Below are positions 1-6,236 of a stretch of 64,000 nt of DNA, piece after piece. Where the stretch lies: positions 288,970 to 352,969 of the forward strand of contig JABHZY010000024.1 in NCBI GenBank assembly GCA_018656065.1, read 5' to 3'. The number at the start of each line of letters is the position of its first letter. Position 1 is the stretch's first letter. This DNA is from Candidatus Komeilibacteria bacterium (GTDB taxonomy: Bacteria; Patescibacteriota; Patescibacteriia; UBA1558; GWA2-36-10). The notes beneath the pieces were generated by a model. It was not told where the DNA came from, made no database searches, and saw only the letters and a list, made by a program, of their open reading frames with translations. Both the position numbers and the translations under genes were made by a program.

Positions 1-286
1 TCACTACTATCAAACAATTCATTATATTTCTTTTTTGCAATAAATAAAGGATTGGCTGGCCAGCTGAACCAACTGGCTCTTTATCATTATCAAACTTTTC
101 TTTTGGCACACCATTCTCTTGTAAACGATAAGCATAAACTGTATGAGCTGCTCCTTTATATTTTCCTTCAAAGCTTTCTAAAATACCAGATACCTGTTCT
201 TCATTATCTACATAAAAAGCAAAGCCCAAAAATTTGGACCTTTTTATATCGACTTGCGATTGCTTTTCCTCCTTTATTTTATTCAT
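1..286 (-). CDS. IMPACT/YigZ family protein (UPF0029), N-terminal part; the gene runs off the left edge
   Basis: Absent from the ORF track because there is no stop in the window. Reverse translation from ATG at 286 gives MNKIKEEKQSQVDIKRSKFLGFAFYVDNEEQVSGILESFEGKYKGAAHTVYAYRLQENGVPKEKFDNDKEPVGSAGQPILYLLQKRNIMNCLIVV. This fits the YigZ pattern (KxSxF, AxHxxxAY, EPxG(T/S)AGxPIL). The start overlaps the upstream stop (TAATG). Confidence 0.7.
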   Translation of the reverse strand, partial: MNKIKEEKQSQVDIKRSKFLGFAFYVDNEEQVSGILESFEGKYKGAAHTVYAYRLQENGVPKEKFDNDKEPVGSAGQPILYLLQKRNIMNCLIVV

Positions 287-507
287 TATTGTTCATCAAC
301 TACTTTATAGTGCTTGTCGTTATGTGGTTTATGTTTCTTAGTGCTAAAACTATAACAATTGATACCTCCCTTGCTTTTTTTAATTATATTAAGACCTAAA
401 ACAATTAAAATAATTGGCCAAAAATAACCCCAAAAATCTCCTTGTATAATTTCCATCTTTTGAAATAAGAAAAGAACTCCTAATATTACTAAAATTAATC
501 CAAACAT
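286..507 (-). CDS. small membrane protein with two hydrophobic helices, function unknown
   Basis: 73-aa ORF. It has two hydrophobic segments (FGLILVILGVLFLF, YFWPIILIVLGLNII) and a basic tail. It is translationally coupled to the YigZ start. Confidence 0.4.
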   Translation of the reverse strand: MFGLILVILGVLFLFQKMEIIQGDFWGYFWPIILIVLGLNIIKKSKGGINCYSFSTKKHKPHNDKHYKVVDEQ

Positions 508-528
508 AATTATCTTATTAATTGTTAT

Positions 529-651
529 TTAAATATAATCAAAATCTTCAATAAATAATTTAAGCCCATATTTAAATAGTAAAGCAAAAGTTACAACTAC
601 TACAAAAGCTAATATTACGAAAAATAAAATCTTTTTTTGTCTACTATCCAT
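529..651 (-). CDS. possible 40-aa single-pass membrane peptide
   Basis: Read by hand: MDSRQKKILFFVILAFVVVVTFALLFKYGLKLFIEDFDYI*. It is below the ORF-track size cutoff. Only the hydrophobic core supports it. Confidence 0.25.
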   Translation of the reverse strand: MDSRQKKILFFVILAFVVVVTFALLFKYGLKLFIEDFDYI

Positions 652-687
652 AAATTTAAAAAATAAATTACTATGTCTATATTATAA

Positions 688-1563
688 CTAATTTTTAGTT
701 TTTAATCTATCTAATACATCCTTTAAGCTAGAATCAAAAGCTCCTCTTTTTTCTAAAGAAATAGTGGAAGTCATAGCTGCAAATCTACCGCGCTCTTCTG
801 GATTATCAAATAATTCTAAAGCTCGTATATAAGATGCTAAATATGTATCTCCAGCACCAGTAGGATCTACGAGTTTTTTAGGAGAAAAAGCTGGTATCTT
901 ATAATAACTATTTTTTATAAATAAATGTGATCCCCTAGAGCCATCTGTTATAATCATATTTTCCAAACCATTATCTATAAAAAATTTACCCATTTCTTTT
1001 AAATCATTTTTATTGGAAATAAATTTTGCCTCATTGATATCTAAAAAAAGATATTTCAAATAGGGTAAAACTTCAACTAAATTTTCTGGATGCTTCCAAA
1101 TAAGCTCGCCATTCTTAGGATAAGAAAACATACCAAAATTACCTGAAACTAAATTTTTATGTTTTAATTTTAAAAATAATTCTCGTGGAGTATTATCATA
1201 AAATAACGAAGTAATTATTATATAATCGAATCTTTCTAATTTAGCTAACAAATTTTTTGTTGGCTTAATAACAATAGGACTATGTTTTGCTTTAGCAGTA
1301 CGTGTATTTGGATCATCACTAGAATATTCAGCGTGAAATTCTAAAGTTCCTTTAACATTAATATGCTCTATTTCTATATCTTGAAAATTAGATTCTACCC
1401 AATCTTTGTGTTTTTTATCAAAAGCAATAAAAGGAGTTACTTCTGCCCCTAAATTCTTTAAAGTGTTAGTAATATAATAAGAACAGCCCCCTAATTGTAA
1501 TTCTAAATGCTTATCTATTTTTATATAATCCTTGCCGACTGGCCCTAATACTGCAACTTTCAT
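688..1563 (-). CDS. PfkB-family carbohydrate/nucleoside kinase (ribokinase-like fold)
   Basis: 291 aa. It carries the C-terminal PfkB signature DPTGAGDTYLASYI and an N-terminal GxxGxD-like start (VLGPVGKD). Confidence 0.8.
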   Translation of the reverse strand: MKVAVLGPVGKDYIKIDKHLELQLGGCSYYITNTLKNLGAEVTPFIAFDKKHKDWVESNFQDIEIEHINVKGTLEFHAEYSSDDPNTRTAKAKHSPIVIKPTKNLLAKLERFDYIIITSLFYDNTPRELFLKLKHKNLVSGNFGMFSYPKNGELIWKHPENLVEVLPYLKYLFLDINEAKFISNKNDLKEMGKFFIDNGLENMIITDGSRGSHLFIKNSYYKIPAFSPKKLVDPTGAGDTYLASYIRALELFDNPEERGRFAAMTSTISLEKRGAFDSSLKDVLDRLKTKN

Positions 1564-1596
1564 GATTATATTATAGCTAATTTTATCAAAATAAAC

Positions 1597-1707
1597 AAAA
1601 AAACTGACAGTCTAAAAGCTACCCGTCAGTATATCTGGAGCAAGTGGCAAGGAGGGGCGCCATGCTTGTCCAAAACTGACTAGATAGCTTACAAACTATC
1701 AGCAAGA
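1597..1707 (-). promoter_or_regulatory. candidate structured 5' leader (riboswitch/attenuator-like) of the PfkB kinase gene
   Basis: Minus-strand RNA folds as GUCAGU(1680-1675)-UUU-[GGACAAG-CA-UGGC-(GCCCCUCCUU)-GCCA-CUUG(C)UCC, 1671-1637]-AGAUAU-ACUGAC(1630-1625)-GG-loop-CUGUCAGU(1610-1603)-U6. ACUGAC can pair with either GUCAGU copy. The downstream pairing (8 bp) followed by a U-run looks like an intrinsic terminator. Confidence 0.35.
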
Positions 1708-1713
1708 TAAATC

Positions 1714-1742
1714 AAATTATCATAAAGGTTTAGTCTTGTCAA
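1714..1742 (-). promoter_or_regulatory. sigma70-like promoter for the PfkB leader
   Basis: On the minus strand: TTGACA (1742-1737), 17-nt spacer, TGaTAATTT (extended -10, 1722-1714). Confidence 0.45.
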
Positions 1743-1764
1743 ATAAGCTAAAATATCCTATAGT
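1736..1764 (+). promoter_or_regulatory. sigma70-like promoter for smpB-ssrA
   Basis: TTGTCA (1736-1741), 17-nt spacer, TATAGT (1759-1764), 25 nt upstream of the smpB ATG. Its -35 overlaps the -35 of the divergent minus-strand promoter. Confidence 0.5.
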
Positions 1765-1788
1765 TAGCGTGCTGAAAAAGCAAAATTT

Positions 1789-2241
1789 ATGCCTACAATT
1801 GCTAGAAACAAACAAATTGGCCATAATTTCAAGATTTTAGAAGAATTTGAAGCTGGCTTGGCATTGACTGGAGCTGAAGTAAAATCTATCAAAACAGGAC
1901 ATATTAGTCTCAAAGGCTCTTTTATTTCTATAAAAGATGGTCAACCTTACATAAAAAAACTATATATTCCAATTTATTCCAAAGCTTCTCTCCAAAGTAC
2001 TCAAAATTATAACGCAGATGCCGACAGAAGGTTGCTTTTAACTAAAAAAGAAATAGTCTATTTATCCAGTAAAACCAATGAGAAAGGCTTGACAATAATG
2101 CCTATTTCAGTGTATACTACGCGAAGGTTAATCAAGGTAAAAATTGCTTTGGTTAAAGGAAAAAAGAAATTTGACAAACGAGAAGATATCAAAAAAAAGG
2201 ATATCAATAGGAACATTTTACAAAAACTGAAAAGTTTTTGA
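1789..2241 (+). CDS. smpB: SsrA-binding protein SmpB
   Basis: 150 aa. The N-terminus NKQIGHNFKILEEFEAGLALTGAEVKSIK and the basic C-tail are typical of SmpB. It lies directly upstream of tmRNA. Confidence 0.95.
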   Translation: MPTIARNKQIGHNFKILEEFEAGLALTGAEVKSIKTGHISLKGSFISIKDGQPYIKKLYIPIYSKASLQSTQNYNADADRRLLLTKKEIVYLSSKTNEKGLTIMPISVYTTRRLIKVKIALVKGKKKFDKREDIKKKDINRNILQKLKSF

Positions 2242-2244
2242 TAA

Positions 2245-2631
2245 GGGGATGTTTTTTATTTGATGCCAAATGAAGTGATATGTGGCAAGTAGAGTTCGTG
2301 ATCTCGTAAAAAATTACAATAAATTAAGTGCTAAAAACACTTTTGCCAAAGTAAAAGAGCTTTTCAAAGTTCCTAGCTTTGCGCCAGTCTTGGCTTAAAC
2401 GCGCCTCGACCGTTTCCTGGCTAATCCGCCTGAGATTAACTGGAGATGTCATTTTTTCAGGCTAAGAATATTTGGTGTTAGTACAAATATTTCGAAAACC
2501 CCCAAACTAACTCGATTATTAGTTTTTTGTCGATTTTAGAGCTAATAGTTTAAACCACAAAATTGACTAAACTTGTAGAAATGTATTGTGAAATTTGTCA
2601 GACAGGGGTGTGATACCCCTCATCTCCACCA
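2245..2631 (+). ncRNA. ssrA: tmRNA (SsrA), one-piece
   Basis: 5' GGGGAUG pairs with 3' CAUCUCC-A-CCA and includes a G3:U pair (alanine identity). A T-arm-like AGGGG-UGUGAUA-CCCCU sits just before the 3' end. The internal tag frame 2330-2398 ends ...KVPSFAPVLA-TAA. Confidence 0.85.
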
Positions 2632-2688
2632 GTTTTAAAAGTCCCTAAAGGACTACTAAAACTCCATTTAAGAAGTTAAAACAAACTT

Positions 2689-3222
2689 ATTAGAACCAAA
2701 AGACGTAACAAACCAAAGGTTGTCACTAAAAGATATTGGATCAATCGGCAAATACGTGCCGAAGAGGTTCGAGTAATCACAGATGAAAATGAACAATTAG
2801 GTGTCATGTCAACTGAACAGGCCCTAAATTTGGCGATTGAAAAAGGCTTAGATTTAGTAGAAGTCTCCCCCTTGGCCAACCCGCCCGTCTGTAAAATTAT
2901 CGACCATGGTAAGTTTAAATTCCAACAGAGTCGTACTGAAAAAAAGGTCAAACGAATTGAGACTAAAGGAGTTAGATTGTCTCTAAAAATTGATCAACAC
3001 GACCTAGAGGTAAAACAAAAACAAGTAGAAAAATTTTTAGCAAAAGGCCATAACGTTAAAATTGAATTGAGACTAAAAGGCCGTGAGAAAGCTTATGCTT
3101 TTAAAGATAAAGCTAAAGAAGTAATAAAACAATTTGTAGAAAACCTAGAAGGTGAACATAAATTTGATAATGATATAGCCCAACAAGGCGCTGTACTAAG
3201 TGTAGTAATCACTAAAAAATAA
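2689..3222 (+). CDS. infC: translation initiation factor IF-3, probable ATT start
   Basis: The track ORF starts at ATG 2806, but the frame is open back to the stop at 2677-2679. That upstream stretch encodes the conserved IF-3 N-terminus (..INRQIRAEEVRVITDENEQLGVMSTEQAL). ATT at 2689 is the only classical infC-type start in that stretch. Confidence 0.8.
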   Translation: MRTKRRNKPKVVTKRYWINRQIRAEEVRVITDENEQLGVMSTEQALNLAIEKGLDLVEVSPLANPPVCKIIDHGKFKFQQSRTEKKVKRIETKGVRLSLKIDQHDLEVKQKQVEKFLAKGHNVKIELRLKGREKAYAFKDKAKEVIKQFVENLEGEHKFDNDIAQQGAVLSVVITKK

Positions 3223-3235
3223 TTTCATTAATAAT

Positions 3236-3433
3236 ATGCCGAAATTAAAAACGAAGAATTTAGTAAAGAAAAGAGTTAAAGTAACTGGAAAAAAGAAAGT
3301 TCTTATCCGTAGAGGTGGACAAGATCATTTTAATTCTAGAGAATCTTCAAAAGTTACTAAGAACAAAAGGCGTGATAAAGAAATATCAAGCGCTAATGTT
3401 AAAAATGTTAAAAAATTATTACCTTATTTATAA
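3236..3433 (+). CDS. rpmI: 50S ribosomal protein L35
   Basis: 65 aa, MPKLKTKNLVKKRVKVTGKKKVLIRRGGQDH; it sits in the infC-rpmI-rplT order. Confidence 0.95.
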   Translation: MPKLKTKNLVKKRVKVTGKKKVLIRRGGQDHFNSRESSKVTKNKRRDKEISSANVKNVKKLLPYL

Positions 3434-3455
3434 TCCCTAAAGAAAGTAAAATACT

Positions 3456-3803
3456 ATGCCAAGAGTAAAAAGAGGTACCACTCATGTTAAAAGAAGAAAG
3501 AATATCCTTGCTAAAACTAAAGGATATAAGTGGGGCCGTAAAAATAAATTAAAAGCAGCCAAAGAGGCTATTTTACACGCTGGTAAACATGCTATGCGTG
3601 ATAGACGTAATAAAAAGAGAGTTAACCGCAGATTGTGGCAAACTAAGCTTAATGCTGCTCTACGTCAATTAGATTGGAAATACTCTGCTTTTATTCATGC
3701 TATGAAAGTTAAAAAATGTGAATTGGATAGAAAAGTATTATCTCAAATCGCTGAAGAAGATCCAAAGGTTTTCAAAAATATTGTAGCTGAGATCAAAAAA
3801 TAA
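3456..3803 (+). CDS. rplT: 50S ribosomal protein L20
   Basis: 115 aa, MPRVKRGTTHVKRRKNILAKTKGYKWGRKN. Confidence 0.95.
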   Translation: MPRVKRGTTHVKRRKNILAKTKGYKWGRKNKLKAAKEAILHAGKHAMRDRRNKKRVNRRLWQTKLNAALRQLDWKYSAFIHAMKVKKCELDRKVLSQIAEEDPKVFKNIVAEIKK

Positions 3804-3813
3804 ATTATACTTA

Positions 3814-3839
3814 AAACCGCCCTTTCGGGCGGTTTTTTT
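3814..3839 (+). terminator. intrinsic terminator after rplT
   Basis: AAAACCGCCC-TTTC-GGGCGGTTTTTTT. Confidence 0.8.
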
Positions 3840-3844
3840 GTTAC

Positions 3845-3912
3845 CCTGCCATTCGGCTCTGAGGCCTAGCGACCTCGTCGCTCAGGCTCGAATGAGAGCA
3901 AAGCCGAATGGG
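3845..3912. repeat. GC-rich nested palindromic element
   Basis: The outer 10-bp inverted repeat is CCATTCGGCT (3849-3858) / AGCCGAATGG (3902-3911). The inner hairpin is AGCGAC-CTC-GTCGCT. Its GC content is far above the flanks. It lies between the convergent rplT and VanZ-like genes. Confidence 0.6.
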
Positions 3913-4305
3913 TTATTTTATAAATTTAAATAGTTTATTAGGTGGACGCACTTTATAAAGCCAAACACCTATATAAACACCTACTGAATCTACTAAAATA
4001 TCTTTCCCCGACCCTACTCTGCCTTGTACATATGATTGATGGAGCTCGTCTACAAATGCATAAACAATAGCCGCTACAATAACAAACAATAAATAATGAC
4101 GCTGCTTGCTATCCATACTAGATGCTATTAGATAAGTCAACACCATAAATACAAACATATGGGCTAACTTACGAAGTACAAAATCATATTTATATGGTAA
4201 ATTAGTTGCTAAATCTGGTGTATCAGAAAGATAAAATATTAAATAACCCCATAGAGCCGCTAAAAGCAAAAATAAAAGTTGTTTTTTTTGTTTTGCAGAA
4301 ATCAT
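3913..4305 (-). CDS. VanZ-like family membrane protein
   Basis: 130 aa with 4 hydrophobic segments. It carries the motifs RKLAHMFVF and DELHQSYVQGRxGSxKDILVDSxG, typical of VanZ-like proteins. Confidence 0.75.
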   Translation of the reverse strand: MISAKQKKQLLFLLLAALWGYLIFYLSDTPDLATNLPYKYDFVLRKLAHMFVFMVLTYLIASSMDSKQRHYLLFVIVAAIVYAFVDELHQSYVQGRVGSGKDILVDSVGVYIGVWLYKVRPPNKLFKFIK

Positions 4306-4940
4306 ACACTTAGTTTCTTTTCATTATTAAGAACCCCTAACAAACTACCTGCTTCCCAATAACCAGCTTGATCCTTTATGTCTTTTTCATTATGTAGTAT
4401 ATGATACAGTCTAAAAGAAAAATCTGGATATTTTTTATGCAGTTTTAAAGCTGCAATTTTAAAACACTTAATATATTTTATCTTATCCTCTGTATAAATT
4501 ATAGTTTTATAACCTTGTTTATATTTATTCTGTAAATACTGATAAAACATCTCTTCATTTTTTATATTAGTATCCTCATAATCAAAAGTGGTATTTATTT
4601 TTTGAAAATACTGCCTAATATCATAACCTAATATAGGATTGAGATATTTTGCTCGCCAATCATTATGTTCGATTAGTCCAGAAGTGAAAGCTTCGTTGTT
4701 TTTTGTCCACTCCAAAACCTCTTTAAAGCCTGGATAAATATCCAAGTTAAAATGTTTACCTTTTGAATAAGGTTCGCGACACATTTCTTCATATTCTCTA
4801 GGTGATACATCCTTAATATTTTTATTAAGTTTTTCTTCCAACCAATCTTCATAAGAATCAACACCTGTAAATTCTTTGTTCCATTTTTCGTGAAACAAAG
4901 TACCTGTTAGATCCCAAAGATATAGTATTTTTTTCTCCAT
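4302..4940 (-). CDS. HAD-like hydrolase superfamily protein with an atypical motif I (tentative)
   Basis: 212 aa. The N-terminal LWDLTGTLF resembles HAD motif I (DxDGTL) but has Thr at the second Asp position. The remaining motifs are weak. Confidence 0.35.
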   Translation of the reverse strand: MEKKILYLWDLTGTLFHEKWNKEFTGVDSYEDWLEEKLNKNIKDVSPREYEEMCREPYSKGKHFNLDIYPGFKEVLEWTKNNEAFTSGLIEHNDWRAKYLNPILGYDIRQYFQKINTTFDYEDTNIKNEEMFYQYLQNKYKQGYKTIIYTEDKIKYIKCFKIAALKLHKKYPDFSFRLYHILHNEKDIKDQAGYWEAGSLLGVLNNEKKLSV

Positions 4941-4943
4941 GCT

Positions 4944-6218
4944 TTATTTATCTAAAATTTTCTTCGCTTGTTTTATATCATTCTCAATACTATCCACTAA
5001 TTTATCTTTAGCCGAAAATCTTTCTACATCTCTTAACTTAGATACAAATCTAAAAGAAAGTTTATCTGGGATATTTTCTAAATGTTCACCCGAAATAATG
5101 TAAGCTTCTAGAGATTTTCTTTTATCTTTAAAAGTTGGAATTGCCCCATAATGAAAAACGGCCTGATGTTTATTTCCATTTAATATAACTAGACCACTGT
5201 ACACACCATATGAATGCTCAAAATTATTTGGGATAATAAAATTCAAAGTTGGAAATCCCAACCTCTTACCCCTACCAGCTCCTCCGATAACTTTAGTATT
5301 ATATATTTTATCAAAAGCAGTATTTAAGCGCGACACTTTATACATGGCAAATAATAAAATGACTGCTGCAATATACTGACTAGGAGCTAACACATTTTTA
5401 TACAAAAATATATCTATAATCACAGCTAAAAATGGAAAGGTAAGTTCTAAAATAGTAGCCACTTTAACTTGAGTATTTTTAAGACCACGATAATAAATCC
5501 ACAAAGCAACCATGCCTGTACTAAAGGCAATAATAACAAAACGCCCCCACTGACTAGCGTCTGGAGCTCCTAGACTAGCTTGTTGCCCTAAAATAAATAC
5601 AAACGCTAAAGCTAATATAGAAGTAAGAAAAAACCTCATACCAGTCACTATGGTATTAGATTTTCTTAATAAAGCAAAACGAGAAAAAGCTGTAGATGAA
5701 CCCCAGGCAAAAGCGGCGCCTAAAGCAAATAAAGCAGCTACCAAGGTTTGATCACCTGTATCAAAGTTAATTAAACCATTTTTGAAAGTAACAAAATAAG
5801 CAGCGCCTAGAGCCAAAATTGCCCAACCAATATACCTTTTACTAATTTTTTCTTTAAGAAATACTACTGCAAAAAACATGGCAAATAACGGCTGTAGTTT
5901 TTGCAATAAAAATACCACTGAGAAAGAAATAAAATTTACTTTTACTAAAGCAGTGGTAAACCAAAGTGTTCCCAAAACACCACTTAAAAGACTAACCAAT
6001 AATAAAGCGCCCCACTCTTTCTTACTAAAACTTAACTTTTTAATGTTTTTTAATAAAAAAGGCGAAATGATTAACAAGCCTATTAGGTGTTCATAAAAAA
6101 CTATAATTATTGGTGGCAAGGAAAAAAGAGATCTACGTAGTATCCCGTCCAAAGCCCACAATATAGCGGCCATCATTATAAGATATGGCCCAAGCTTTTT
6201 CCAGTTTATATATTTCAT
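4944..6218 (-). CDS. fusion protein: EamA/DMT-type 10-TM transporter (aa 1-~295) plus a C-terminal riboflavin kinase domain (aa ~300-424)
   Basis: The N-terminal ~295 aa are repeated hydrophobic helices with an EamA-like duplication. The C-terminus reads GGAGRGKRLGFPTLNF..GVYSG..GAIPTF..SLEAYI..FVSKLRDVERFSAKDKLVDSIENDIKQAK. This matches the RibF C-terminal kinase pattern (GRGxxLGFPTxN, GVY, PTF, LExxxxDF-like, xRxExxFxSxxxLxxQIxxD). Confidence 0.75.
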   Translation of the reverse strand: MKYINWKKLGPYLIMMAAILWALDGILRRSLFSLPPIIIVFYEHLIGLLIISPFLLKNIKKLSFSKKEWGALLLVSLLSGVLGTLWFTTALVKVNFISFSVVFLLQKLQPLFAMFFAVVFLKEKISKRYIGWAILALGAAYFVTFKNGLINFDTGDQTLVAALFALGAAFAWGSSTAFSRFALLRKSNTIVTGMRFFLTSILALAFVFILGQQASLGAPDASQWGRFVIIAFSTGMVALWIYYRGLKNTQVKVATILELTFPFLAVIIDIFLYKNVLAPSQYIAAVILLFAMYKVSRLNTAFDKIYNTKVIGGAGRGKRLGFPTLNFIIPNNFEHSYGVYSGLVILNGNKHQAVFHYGAIPTFKDKRKSLEAYIISGEHLENIPDKLSFRFVSKLRDVERFSAKDKLVDSIENDIKQAKKILDK

Positions 6219-6236
6219 TAATATTATATAAAAAAT

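Noticed and set aside
52-399. 115-aa plus-strand ORF at the left edge of the window
   Set aside because: It lies antisense to the YigZ-family CDS (1-286) and to the small membrane gene (286-507), both of which have recognisable features. Its sequence is low-complexity (Leu/Phe/Tyr-rich), as expected for the reverse frame of AT-rich coding DNA.
1597-1707. GC-rich structured segment as an SRP (4.5S) RNA or a known riboswitch class
   Set aside because: The SRP domain IV signatures (GNRA tetraloop flanked by AGCA/GGCA symmetric loop in the right order) are not present on either strand. No core motifs of TPP, purine, FMN, preQ1, ZTP, fluoride or c-di-GMP aptamers were recognisable. It is kept only as an unclassified candidate leader.
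2676-2951. 91-aa minus-strand ORF overlapping infC
   Set aside because: It is antisense to the strongly conserved IF-3 reading frame and has no motif of its own.
6219-6236. Expected FMN riboswitch upstream of the transporter-riboflavin-kinase fusion
   Set aside because: The intergenic spacer is only 18 nt. The longer spacer upstream of the protease gene (8202-8289) shows no FMN-aptamer-like conserved sequence.
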